Notes under the pieces: generated by a model
The model's database searches: none
What the model was told of the DNA's origin: nothing
What the model saw: the letters and a program-made list of their open reading frames with translations, nothing else
Origin: Candidatus Kapaibacterium sp.
GTDB lineage: Bacteria; Bacteroidota; Ignavibacteria; Kapaibacteriales; UBA4661
Direction: 5' to 3'
Length of the DNA: 64,000 bases
Assembly: GCA_004292595.1 (NCBI GenBank)
Contig: RDXM01000106.1
Span: 4,946-68,945 of the forward strand
Shown here: piece by piece, positions 17,827 through 27,204 of the stretch
Numbering within the stretch: position 1 is the first letter of the stretch
Layout of the letters: each line of letters starts with the position of its first letter
Program-made: the position numbers and the translations under genes

Positions 17827-18555
17827 TCAATGTTTGTAATACCACGCTGCAAGCCGCTTCGGATGGACTCCCGCACGGTACAAGAGTTGCAGCAGAATGT
17901 TTCCCGTTGCGCGTTTCCAATAGCCTTCTTGCTCGTAGCGTCGCGCGGAGGTAAACACGGGCGCATCAATCACCCTGAAGCCCGCGTCTTTATTCACTCG
18001 CTGAACAAATTCCATATCCTCCATAAGCGGAAAATCTTCGCGGAAACCGCCCTCGTGCTGGAAGAGTTCTTTACGAACAAAAATTGCTTGGTCGCCAAAG
18101 GGAAGTTTCAGGAAACGGCATCGTTGCTGCACGTACCATTCCAAATACCGATACCGCGAGCGTTCATGCGCTATGCGAAAGGTGAATGCGCCAGAGGTGA
18201 GTTGGTGGTGGATGGTTGTTTGTGCAGGAATGATGCGGGCTTCGTGGAGAAATGTTTCGTAGGAGCTTGGTGGCAAATCCGTATCAGCATGAAGGAATAA
18301 TAGCCACGAGCCTTGTGCTGATGCGGCTCCTGCGTTCATTTGCTTGGCACGCCCACGCTCGGCTTGCAGCCATCGGCAGTTGGAAAAATGCTCAGAACAG
18401 GCTTGCAGCAATGCTTGTGTGCCATCGGTGCTGCCGCCATCAACAAAAATACATTCTGCCTGTGCGAGCAAAGACAGCGAAGCCGCAAGCGTGTGGACAC
18501 GTGCGGCTTCGTTCAAGGTTGGAATGATAATCGAAACAATACTTTCTGTCGCCAT
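17827..18555 (-). CDS. family 2 glycosyltransferase (TIGR04283-like)
   Basis: SIIIPTLNEAARV...FVDGGSTDGT...LFLHADTDLP: a GT-A fold with the DxD motif. Confidence 0.7.
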   Translation of the reverse strand: MATESIVSIIIPTLNEAARVHTLAASLSLLAQAECIFVDGGSTDGTQALLQACSEHFSNCRWLQAERGRAKQMNAGAASAQGSWLLFLHADTDLPPSSYETFLHEARIIPAQTTIHHQLTSGAFTFRIAHERSRYRYLEWYVQQRCRFLKLPFGDQAIFVRKELFQHEGGFREDFPLMEDMEFVQRVNKDAGFRVIDAPVFTSARRYEQEGYWKRATGNILLQLLYRAGVHPKRLAAWYYKH

Positions 18556-18576
18556 GAGCGTTCCTTAAATATCGTC

Positions 18577-19365
18577 TTATTCGTTGATGCTCCAATCGTA
18601 TTCGGTGTAGTTTACCGAAAAATTGTTCGCGTTTGCAAGCAGCATATCTCCTTGTTCTTTGGGCAAAAAGCGGGCGATGTACTGCAAGGGCGTTTTGCCC
18701 GTTTTTTCAAAATCGCCTTTGAACCAGTTGAAGATATTCGAGATATTACAGGATTTCTTGCTAAAATCAAAGGTATTTTTCTTGGTTTGCGCAAGGAAAT
18801 CACGCCCTTGGTCTTCGAGTTGCTCGTTCAATTTGTCCGCTTGAAACGCCTCGTTCCTCAGCGGCGGACAACTTTTCGCCGCGCAGACCATCGCAAAATG
18901 CACACGTGGGTCGCCTTTGGGACGAATGATGTCATTTTCAACGCCGTTGAGCGAATATTTTTTACCGTTAATTTCCACGAGCTGCTTGTCCCAAATCGTA
19001 CTTTTGGCAATCGTGGCAATAATCAAACCGCCCGCGCCGCTCGGAAAATTCAAATCCGTAATGCTCTTGAGCGGATAATGGTCGCACATCACCTTCAGCG
19101 TGAAGGCATTATAGACATTCAGCCAGAAAGCAAGCTCTTCCTTGCCTGAAAGCGTTTTGGGGTCGGTTTTGCTGAGTTGCTGAAGGTAATCCGTGAAGCG
19201 TTTGTCGTTTTTGATTGCTTTGTAATTTACCCGTCCGTCTTTGACGTGTTCGCTCAAAAGGGCTGAATAGCCCGTATTATCAATGCTTGCGAGCGGTCGT
19301 GCGAACGCGCTCAACGCCGAAAGCAGCGCGATTGCACAAACGCAAGAAAAAGAATGCGACATCAT
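18577..19365 (-). CDS. DUF547 domain protein with a signal peptide
   Basis: FWLNVYNAFTLKVMCDHYPLKSI...RVHFAMVCAAKSCPPLRNEAF is characteristic of DUF547. The N-terminus carries a signal peptide. Confidence 0.65.
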   Translation of the reverse strand: MMSHSFSCVCAIALLSALSAFARPLASIDNTGYSALLSEHVKDGRVNYKAIKNDKRFTDYLQQLSKTDPKTLSGKEELAFWLNVYNAFTLKVMCDHYPLKSITDLNFPSGAGGLIIATIAKSTIWDKQLVEINGKKYSLNGVENDIIRPKGDPRVHFAMVCAAKSCPPLRNEAFQADKLNEQLEDQGRDFLAQTKKNTFDFSKKSCNISNIFNWFKGDFEKTGKTPLQYIARFLPKEQGDMLLANANNFSVNYTEYDWSINE

Positions 19366-19895
19366 ACAATAATGAAAAAGTGAATGAAAACCGAGGTTGT
19401 TTGGATAATACGCAAGAATGCGGGAAACGGATTGAAAATGAGCAAAATGTTCTGAAAATTATATCAGAATCATCGTCACTGACCTTGAAAGCAAAAATGC
19501 TTGAATGGTAGATTCTATCTTGCTTGTAGAGAATGGACTTGTAAAGAGCAAAAATTGAAAAATAGGCTTACAAGGCAGATTATATCGTGCTTTGAAGCAC
19601 TTTAAAAAGAAATTCTGGCTGAAAAATCCTTAAAAACCGCTCTGTTGCTTGGCTTTGGCGAAAGACAACAAACATTGCGAAAAATAATTGAAACTTTTTT
19701 GCAGAACAAGCGTTTAGATGAAAGTACACGGTAATTTCACATCATCATTCTGCGTCAAATGGGTTTCATTGCACAAGTCTGGTATGGTCGTTGTTGAAAA
19801 AATGTCGGAAAAATGCTGATATTCCGTGTGCAACATTAAATTCGCTGTTGCTGTATTTCTTTGATTTTTCTGTTTTTGAACGAAGGTGATTGTCT

Positions 19896-20081
19896 ATGGA
19901 ACTTTTCAAAAAAATCGCGCTTGTTGTTGGAGCATTTGTCATTGCGGGATTTATTCTCAAAATTATCTTCGGTATTTTGGGAGCGGTCTTTTCTTTGATT
20001 TTCTCCATCAAAGGCTTACTTCTGATTGCCGCAATCGCGCTGCCAATCTATCTTTTCGCGGAAAAGAAGTTTTTGCGCTAG
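19896..20081 (+). CDS. small hydrophobic membrane protein, hypothetical
   Basis: About 61 aa, almost entirely two TM helices. Its end overlaps the coaE stop codon on the opposite strand. Low confidence. Confidence 0.3.
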   Translation: MELFKKIALVVGAFVIAGFILKIIFGILGAVFSLIFSIKGLLLIAAIALPIYLFAEKKFLR

Positions 20082-20746
20082 TTTTTCGCGGTAAATTTTT
20101 GACGAATATCATCCAAGCAGCTCATCGTTGCTTGCTCTGCGTCGTTGCGCGAGCCGTCGTTATTGATAACGAAATTGGCTCGCGCTTTTTTTTCTTCTGC
20201 GGGCATCTGCGCGAGAATGCGCTTCCGTGCTTCTTCGGGCGGGATATTGCGCCCTTCTGCGAGGCGCTGGATACGAATTTCTTCCTGCGCATCCACCACA
20301 ATCACGGCATCGTACACCACATCTGCACCTGTTTCAAAGAGCAATGCTGTTTCATTAAACACAAGCGTTTCTCCCTTTGCAAAGCACGATTGTACGCGCT
20401 CTGCAACTGCTTTCCAGACAGCAGGATGCACAATCGCGTTCAAGCGGACAAGTGCTTCAGCGTGTGCGGGACTTGCGCCGAAGACGAGTTCCGACATTTT
20501 TGCACGGTTCAGCGTTCCGTCCGCGTGATACATTTCCCCAAACTCCGCATTAATACTCGCTTTCACGGCTGCATCGCTGTTCGTAAGTTCTCGCCCAATA
20601 TCATCGGCACTCAGCACCGTATAGGCATTTGCGCGGATAATCTCGGCAATGGTGCTTTTTCCCGAACCGATTCCGCCTGTAATGCCGATAAATGCTTGCG
20701 TTGGAGCGGTTTTGATGTTTTGAAAATGTTGGAAATTCATAGCCAT
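20078..20746 (-). CDS. coaE: dephospho-CoA kinase
   Basis: FIGITGGIGSGKSTIAEII: a P-loop in the CoaE context, about 220 aa. Confidence 0.8.
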   Translation of the reverse strand: MAMNFQHFQNIKTAPTQAFIGITGGIGSGKSTIAEIIRANAYTVLSADDIGRELTNSDAAVKASINAEFGEMYHADGTLNRAKMSELVFGASPAHAEALVRLNAIVHPAVWKAVAERVQSCFAKGETLVFNETALLFETGADVVYDAVIVVDAQEEIRIQRLAEGRNIPPEEARKRILAQMPAEEKKARANFVINNDGSRNDAEQATMSCLDDIRQKFTAKN

Positions 20747-20962
20747 TGAAAGAAAAACACAACAGTTATACCGTTTTGACTATATTTTGAATACTTTGAT
20801 TTTAGCAAGGCAGCATGCTGCCTTGTTTCGGAGAATTGAAAGTATTCATTTTACAATCGAAACGGTGTCGTGCATCTGTTTGAAAATTGTGATTTTTGAA
20901 AGATAGGAAAAGAATGAAATGAAACAAAAAAAACAAGGGTCGTGTCCTAAAAGTGTTGCTAA

Positions 20963-21085
20963 GTTAAGTACGTGACTAAATATAGTTGAGGATGCTTCGA
21001 CAGGCTCAGCATGAGGTCGGAGGCGGTCTTGACCCTGAGCTTGTCGAAGAGTATAATGCAAACTATATTAAGCGACGTACTTAAC
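20963..21085. repeat. 123-bp nested hairpin element, either a structured RNA or a MITE-like sequence
   Basis: The outer arm gttaagtacgtgactaaatatagtt pairs with aactatattaagcgacgtacttaac with 2 mismatches. The inner arm cgacaggctcag...ctgagcttgtcg also pairs. The element lies in the AT-rich leader of the M1 peptidase gene. Confidence 0.4.
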
Positions 21086-21109
21086 TTGAATTCAAGGGAT
21101 GCAATTTGG

Positions 21110-21145
21110 TATGAAGTTTGCACCAACACTTACAGGCAAGAATGC
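21110..21145. repeat. family 1 palindromic repeat, right half only (truncated copy)
   Basis: gcaccaacacttACAGGCAAGAATGCCTGTGCCACt. The left hairpin is absent. Confidence 0.5.
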
Positions 21146-21203
21146 CTGTGCCACTAAGGTTTTTAGAAACTACATTTTTGCCATTTATACTTTTCCGTTC
21201 ACT

Positions 21204-24200
21204 ATGCTCCGTTTCGCTACTTTTTGCTTTTTTTTTGCTACAATCAACATCCTCCAAGCCCAGCAACCAAGCGGATTTCCCGCAGACATGGAATCCCGCT
21301 TGCAACAGGAACGCCTCGCAGGACTCGTCCACACCATACACGTAACGGTGAATGATGACGACTACACCTTCAAAGGCACATCGCGCGTTGAGTTCACGAA
21401 CAACACGCCCGACACGCTGCGCCAAATCTTCTTCCACGCACATTTCAACGCTTTTCAGCCGAATAGTTTGACGGCAAAGCGCGTGGCGGCAATCGGTCCG
21501 AACCGCTTAAAACCTGAAACCTTTGCGAATTTGAAACCCAGCGAAATTGGCAAATTAGAAATATTGCCCGGAACAAGCACCGTAGCCGGTATCGGTGCGG
21601 CGTTCACGGTAGAACGCTTGGGGACGATTATTCGACTGGATTTGTCCAAACCGCTTTTGCCCGGGGAGCGCACCACGCTTGAGTTTGCGTTTGAGGGACA
21701 AGTGCCAGTGCAGGTGCGGCGTTCAGGGCGCAATAATGCTCAGGGTGTGCGCTATTCGATGGCGCAATGGTTTCCGAAATTGTGCCAATACGACCAGCAC
21801 GGCTGGCAAAATAACCAGTTTGTGCTGCGCGAATTTTACGGCGTGTGGGGCAAGTACGATGTGAAAATTACGCTGCCCGCAAAGTACGTCGTGGGCGCGT
21901 CGGGCGACCTCCAAAACCCGCTTGAAATGGGATACGGCTACGAATTCGACCGCGATTCGGTGAAACTTCCTGCGCCTGACAGCGAAAAGCCGCAAGGCAC
22001 AAAAACATGGCACTTCGTCGCCTTTCCCGTGCATGATTTCGCGTGGGTGGCGGATGCGGACTACATTCACCGCGTTGTGAAAATGCCTACTTCTTCAGCA
22101 ATTTCACCAAACATGACCTTTCACATTCTTACCAAACCCAAGTACGATGCGGTCTGGAAGAATGCGACGGACTGGCTGCCGCGTATTTTCCACTTTTTGG
22201 GCGAAAAATATTTGCCGTATCCGTACAAACAATTCACCTGTACGCAAGCGGGCGACGGCGGTATGGAGTACCCGAACCTAGTAATGATACGCTCTTCGGA
22301 CTACAACGGCACATTGGGAACAGTCGCGCACGAGGCGATTCACCAATGGTTTTACGGCATGGCGGCGAACAACGAAACCAAACACGCGTGGATGGACGAA
22401 GGCATCACGGATTATCTCACGGACCGCATTATGTCGGAAGAGTTCAACATTGACGAACAGACGCACTCTACGTGGCTTGAAAACGCGCTTATTCCGCGTC
22501 GCAAGGATGCGTTGGAATCGAACCGCGCATTTCTCCGCGTGTACGCGCTTGGCTACGACGAACCGCTCTCTATCCCGCATGACCGCTTCAACGAGGACAT
22601 GACCGCCGTGATGGTCTATCGCAAAGGTTCGGCGTGGATGCGGCAGTTTGAGTATTCGTTTGGAAAAAATAAAATGGATGAATTACTCAGGAATTATCAG
22701 GGTTTGTGGCGATTCCGTCATCCGTATCCGCCAGATTTTGAGAAAATTGCGTCGGAAACCTTCGGACAGCGCATGGATGAAGTCTTTGACACGTTCTTGC
22801 GTGGAACAGAACTGCCCGACTACACGCTCCAATCCTTGCGTTCTGAGCCGACAAGCGACGGCAAATACAAAAACACGTTGCAGCTAACGAAGCGAGAACG
22901 CGCCCACGTACCGCTCAATCTCTACGCAAGTGATGGTGCGGGTTCTGTGGCTAAAATTCATATTCCGAGCGATATGCTGAATGCGCCGAATAAGGACACA
23001 AGCCGCCTCGCACCTTGGTTTTGGGCAGCAGGCGACTACACGGCGGAGTTTATCACGCCGCGCCCCATAACGAGTGTTCGACTGGACACCGCAGGAAATC
23101 TGCTTCGGAACGACCTTACGAAAAATCAAATTCAAGCTGGTGGATTATTTCCCGCAATGCCAGAAGTGAAACTTGGCTTTATGACGCGCTTCGATGAAGC
23201 ACAGCCGCTTGATTATTATGGCGTGTCGGTGCGCCCTTCGGTGTGGTACGACCCGCTTGGGGGCTTACAGCTTGGGGTTCGGGCGGATGGTGTTGGTGGT
23301 TACAATACGCCGAAACTCACGGCTGGGGCGTATTACAATTTGGGGAATCAGCGTTTTGATTGGCAGCTAGGATATTCACAAATGCTGGGCGGTGCAGGTG
23401 CGTCGGGAACTGCGCAAGTAGAGGCTCGTTTTTTTAGTATGGACGGCGTTACGGCATTCACAAACCGTATTCTGACTGATGTTCGACCTGTGCGCTATGC
23501 GCGTGAAAATTTGCAGATTAGTTCGATTTATACAGATATTTGGAACTTCCGCGACCCGTCGCATTATGGCGGGGAATTGTTCATACGCAATGAGCAGTTT
23601 ATACGGTTTGGAACAGTTGCCGAACAGCGTTGGAAGACAGGTTTTACGCAGATGGAAGCGAATTTTGCAATCACTTTATCGGGCAATGTATCGGTACGTC
23701 CGCAAATTCGTTTTGAATGGGCAGAAAACCTTGTAAGCGGCAATATTGCTGTGCTTTCGGCACGATTATTTGGCAATCTTTCCTTAGGAACGCCGTTTGC
23801 AACGCGCTATTCACTGCAAAGTGGCACAGCCATTGAACGCTTTGAAAATATTCCGTCGCGCTTCACGCGCTTTGCCGCATACAGTCTGGGTTTACCCGTC
23901 TTTACGCCTGGCGGAGCAGGTTTTGTGCGCTCTACGCCCGAACTTATGGAAGGAATTGCTGCCGTTAATCTCTTTCTTGGCAATCGCACACTGCGACAAT
24001 CTTTCGGTTTAGACCTCATCGGTGTTGATGCTCTGAAGCCTGGAATATGGCTGGCGGCTGGGCTTGCGGCGGCGGAGTTTGGCAGAAATTCAGGCAGTTT
24101 GCTGAATACATTCCACTTCGATTCTGGCATTTCCCTCAGCATCAATCTCGCCGATACACGCTCGGCAGGCAGGTATCTTTTCATGTTCCAAGATGAAGTA

Positions 24201-24305
24201 TCGTTGACCGCCTACGTGCCGCTTGTTTCCTACATTCCTGGGCGGAATTGGGTGCTTGGCTACGACGGTGTGCGCATTGGCGTAAGTACGACGATTCCGC
24301 GATAA
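21204..24305 (+). CDS. secreted M1-family zinc metallopeptidase with a long C-terminal extension, possibly an outer-membrane beta-barrel
   Basis: The signal peptide MLRFATFCFFFATINILQAQQ begins at the ATG at 21204. A GDGGMEYPNLVMI motif is present, and the gluzincin signature HEAIHQWFYGMAANNETKHAWMDEG fits HExxH-x18-E. The C-terminal 450 aa show alternating-hydrophobic beta patterns. Confidence 0.7.
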   Translation: MLRFATFCFFFATINILQAQQPSGFPADMESRLQQERLAGLVHTIHVTVNDDDYTFKGTSRVEFTNNTPDTLRQIFFHAHFNAFQPNSLTAKRVAAIGPNRLKPETFANLKPSEIGKLEILPGTSTVAGIGAAFTVERLGTIIRLDLSKPLLPGERTTLEFAFEGQVPVQVRRSGRNNAQGVRYSMAQWFPKLCQYDQHGWQNNQFVLREFYGVWGKYDVKITLPAKYVVGASGDLQNPLEMGYGYEFDRDSVKLPAPDSEKPQGTKTWHFVAFPVHDFAWVADADYIHRVVKMPTSSAISPNMTFHILTKPKYDAVWKNATDWLPRIFHFLGEKYLPYPYKQFTCTQAGDGGMEYPNLVMIRSSDYNGTLGTVAHEAIHQWFYGMAANNETKHAWMDEGITDYLTDRIMSEEFNIDEQTHSTWLENALIPRRKDALESNRAFLRVYALGYDEPLSIPHDRFNEDMTAVMVYRKGSAWMRQFEYSFGKNKMDELLRNYQGLWRFRHPYPPDFEKIASETFGQRMDEVFDTFLRGTELPDYTLQSLRSEPTSDGKYKNTLQLTKRERAHVPLNLYASDGAGSVAKIHIPSDMLNAPNKDTSRLAPWFWAAGDYTAEFITPRPITSVRLDTAGNLLRNDLTKNQIQAGGLFPAMPEVKLGFMTRFDEAQPLDYYGVSVRPSVWYDPLGGLQLGVRADGVGGYNTPKLTAGAYYNLGNQRFDWQLGYSQMLGGAGASGTAQVEARFFSMDGVTAFTNRILTDVRPVRYARENLQISSIYTDIWNFRDPSHYGGELFIRNEQFIRFGTVAEQRWKTGFTQMEANFAITLSGNVSVRPQIRFEWAENLVSGNIAVLSARLFGNLSLGTPFATRYSLQSGTAIERFENIPSRFTRFAAYSLGLPVFTPGGAGFVRSTPELMEGIAAVNLFLGNRTLRQSFGLDLIGVDALKPGIWLAAGLAAAEFGRNSGSLLNTFHFDSGISLSINLADTRSAGRYLFMFQDEVSLTAYVPLVSYIPGRNWVLGYDGVRIGVSTTIPR

Positions 24306-24376
24306 CGCACCGTTGGAAAAACAAGGTTCTTTCAGTAGATTTGAAATACGATATTTCCCACTATTTTTTGTATCAA

Positions 24377-24718
24377 ATGCTTCCAAAACGTGGTGAAATC
24401 TGGCTTGTCGAGTTCGACCCTCAGCGTGGTGCGGAGATTGCGAAAAAACGCCCTGCTGTTGTCTTGTCCGTAGATAGCATCGGGCATTTACCATTGCGTA
24501 TGGTCGTTCCATGCACCGATTGGAAACCTGAGTTTGAGTCGTATTCGTGGTTTATCGCTCTTCAAGGCACAGCGAGTGGACTTCGTAAGCCAAGCGGCGC
24601 GGATGCTTTTCAATGCAAAAGTTTTTCACTTGACCGTTTTGTGAAAAAACTTGGTTCTGTTACACCGAGCGAACTGAATGAAATTGCGCTTGCCGTTGGC
24701 TTGTGTATTGGGCTTTGA
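24377..24718 (+). CDS. MazF/PemK-family endoribonuclease toxin
   Basis: KRGEIWLVEFDPQRGAEIAKKRPAVVLSVDSIGHLPLRMVVPCT is the PemK/MazF signature. The upstream extension of the listed ORF (24248) overlaps the peptidase gene and is unlikely to be real. Confidence 0.7.
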   Translation: MLPKRGEIWLVEFDPQRGAEIAKKRPAVVLSVDSIGHLPLRMVVPCTDWKPEFESYSWFIALQGTASGLRKPSGADAFQCKSFSLDRFVKKLGSVTPSELNEIALAVGLCIGL

Positions 24719-24747
24719 TTCAATTCTCTTCTTATTTTTGTACCATT

Positions 24748-25086
24748 ATGGCTACTCTGCATTCCTCCTCAAAAAGTCTTGCACAACAGACAAAAGATGC
24801 TGTGCCAATAACCATTCGCCTTATGCCAGAGGAGAAGGCGGCATTCCGCAAACTTGCTCAAGCAAAAGGACTTTCCTATAGGCGACTGCTCATGGAGCTT
24901 GTTCATACTGCGCAAGGCACCGATGCGCAACCGCACTCAGGAGTACCACGACCATCGGAACTCTATAAATTGTCTCGACAAGAACGTGATTCTATCTTGC
25001 AAAAACAGAGTATTGCGGCTGCGAGTTTGTATGCACAGCATCCTGAACTTATTGCCGATGGCAGTGATGACGTGATTGAGTATTAG
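24748..25086 (+). CDS. ribbon-helix-helix (CopG/ParD-like) protein, putative antitoxin, with a C-terminal extension
   Basis: Beginning at MATLHSS..., the sequence ITIRLMPEEKAAFRKLAQAKGLSYRRLLMELV matches RHH motifs. It lies immediately downstream of the mazF-like gene. Confidence 0.45.
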   Translation: MATLHSSSKSLAQQTKDAVPITIRLMPEEKAAFRKLAQAKGLSYRRLLMELVHTAQGTDAQPHSGVPRPSELYKLSRQERDSILQKQSIAAASLYAQHPELIADGSDDVIEY

Positions 25087-25099
25087 AGGTGATATTTTC

Positions 25100-25963
25100 C
25101 TACTGCTTCGCATGAATCGACCACAGGAGCTTGTTTTTCAGCAAATCATAGTACGAATTTTCCACGCGCTTCAGGAGCTTCACAACGCGCTCTGATTTGC
25201 GAATAACAACGCGCTCCTGCGGCTCAAGCGGCGTAAGATGCTGCCCGTCGGCAACAAGGCTTGTAATGCCACTTTCCGCGCCAGTGGTGAGCATAATTTC
25301 GAGCGTGTCGGGAATAACTAAGGGGCGCATATTCAGCGAGTGCGGCGAAACGGGCGTTAGCACAATCACGTGGCAATTCGGCGCGATGATTGGACCACCA
25401 CTTGAGAGCGAGTACGCCGTTGAACCCGTCGGCGTGGCAATAATCAAGCCGTCAGCGTGGTATTCTGCGACGGGAACATTATCAATCACCGCATCAATGG
25501 TAATCATGCGGGCAAAATCGCGTTTGTGAATCACGAAATCGTTCAGCGCGTAGAGCATCGTATTATTTGCCTTTGTTTCAAGAATGGTGCGGTCTTCAAT
25601 GATAAAATCTCCTTTCAAAAGCGCATTAAAACCATCTTCCAATTCCTTCACCGAGTATTCCGCCAAAAAGCCCAGCTTCCCAAGATTCACGCCCATTATC
25701 GGCAATTCCGCCGCGAGAAATTCCTTTGCCGCACCCAGCATCGTGCCATCGCCGCCAAAAGAAACGATTGCATCCACGTACTTGTCGAAATGTGCGTATT
25801 CATGCGCTTCAGCGAGCTTTTTTGCTTCCGCACTAAAGAGCGCGTGAACTTCTGGCGACACATAACAACTCATACCCCTCTCGCGGGTAATCCGCGCCGC
25901 CGCTTCCGTGCAGGCGATTGCTTCGGGTTTGGTGGTGTTTACAAAAAGTCCGATGTTTTTCAT
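25100..25963 (-). CDS. nadK: NAD kinase
   Basis: GGDGTMLGAAKEF...PIMGVNLGKLGFLAE (GGDG and NE/D motifs). Confidence 0.85.
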   Translation of the reverse strand: MKNIGLFVNTTKPEAIACTEAAARITRERGMSCYVSPEVHALFSAEAKKLAEAHEYAHFDKYVDAIVSFGGDGTMLGAAKEFLAAELPIMGVNLGKLGFLAEYSVKELEDGFNALLKGDFIIEDRTILETKANNTMLYALNDFVIHKRDFARMITIDAVIDNVPVAEYHADGLIIATPTGSTAYSLSSGGPIIAPNCHVIVLTPVSPHSLNMRPLVIPDTLEIMLTTGAESGITSLVADGQHLTPLEPQERVVIRKSERVVKLLKRVENSYYDLLKNKLLWSIHAKQ

Positions 25964-26171
25964 ACTATTGGGAAAAAGTGAGTTTTTATGCGGGTTCTGG
26001 GGTTATGCCAGCATCAATAGCAAATTTAGGAAAAATGTGCGAGAAAAATGTGCGAAAAACACGGGGAAGTTCCCAAGAAAAAAGCCTTGCAATGCGAAGA
26101 CTACAAGACCTTACGAGAACGGAAATCTATTGCTTGGAAACATCAATAACTTTTATTGCTCGCAATTTTTC

Positions 26172-26948
26172 TTATTTCTCTTTCCCTTCCCAGCGCAAGC
26201 CTTCGCATGGAATGTAGCTTTCGCTCACGTGTTCATCCATGACGCGGCAAAAATGCCCTGTTGCATCGAAGTAACGGCAGGTGGCGCAGAGCGAGTTTTG
26301 CTCTAAATGCTCGGTTTGTGATTTGAAGCGTTGGTACTGCAAGTACGCTGGATACGCCACCAAAAGCCAGAACACGCCTAAGCCCGCGTACCAATACTCG
26401 TACAAGCGATACCGCTCCACAACGAACCACGTAAGCGCAACAAGAACAGCAGTTTTTATCAAGCCCCACAGTAAAATTGAACCAACGGTAATTTCTGGTA
26501 CAGGACTGTACACAAGCTGCGATGAGCCTTTCGTGCCTTTACTGCTATTGCTTTCATCTTCCTCCGCATAGAAACGCGAGTGTTCAAGCGTATCATCGAC
26601 GAGTTTATCAATGTCGTCGGTGTTTTTATTGTCGATAACGTCAGCATCTCTGCGGTTAAGGGGGTGTTTTGGTTCGTCGTCGTCGGTGCTTTTCGGGCGT
26701 GATTGAAATGCGTGTGGATGCAGCTCGCGCTCGTCGAGGTCGCTGATTTTTGTGTCAATTCCCAAGCTCCGAAGCTCAATTCCACCAATCATTTTGCCAC
26801 GATGTAAGCCCGTAATGCCGCTTTCAGAGCGACTTTTGGGCGATTGCGTTGGTAATGAAGAAGATTGCTCGGAAAGACCAGTCGTGATGCTGCTTGCAGG
26901 ATATTTTCCCGTCAGCTTGAACCAGAAGGAAGCGAAGAATTGACGCAT
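26172..26948 (-). CDS. hypothetical membrane protein with a C-terminal Cys cluster
   Basis: Two TM helices and an acidic low-complexity region. The C-terminus reads CATCRYFDATGHFCRVMDEHVSESYIPCEGLRW. Confidence 0.4.
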   Translation of the reverse strand: MRQFFASFWFKLTGKYPASSITTGLSEQSSSLPTQSPKSRSESGITGLHRGKMIGGIELRSLGIDTKISDLDERELHPHAFQSRPKSTDDDEPKHPLNRRDADVIDNKNTDDIDKLVDDTLEHSRFYAEEDESNSSKGTKGSSQLVYSPVPEITVGSILLWGLIKTAVLVALTWFVVERYRLYEYWYAGLGVFWLLVAYPAYLQYQRFKSQTEHLEQNSLCATCRYFDATGHFCRVMDEHVSESYIPCEGLRWEGKEK

Positions 26949-27204
26949 AAAATGTGAGGAAGAGCGTGGGAAAGCAGTGCTTTGAAGCCCGTTTTGCGCT
27001 TTACGAAAGCGTAACGCGGGAGAAGGTGAGAATGTAGAGATTTTTTTGTGTAATCCTCGTTATCCGCGTATATTACGGGGATTTGTCGGCATTTAAAATA
27101 CGATACCTTGAGCATTTACGCAAATGTGCGAGGTTTGTTCCCATTTGTTTGCAATCATTTTTGTCACCCATTTCGCAATTACCTCTCTCCACCCCGTTCA
27201 CACC

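Noticed and set aside
18340-19149. Plus-strand 269-aa ORF antisense to the DUF547 gene
   Set aside because: It overlaps a domain-bearing gene on the other strand and has no recognisable features.
19886-20749. Plus-strand 287-aa ORF antisense to coaE
   Set aside because: Cys/His/Arg-rich composition with no domain. It fully overlaps the well-supported coaE on the opposite strand.
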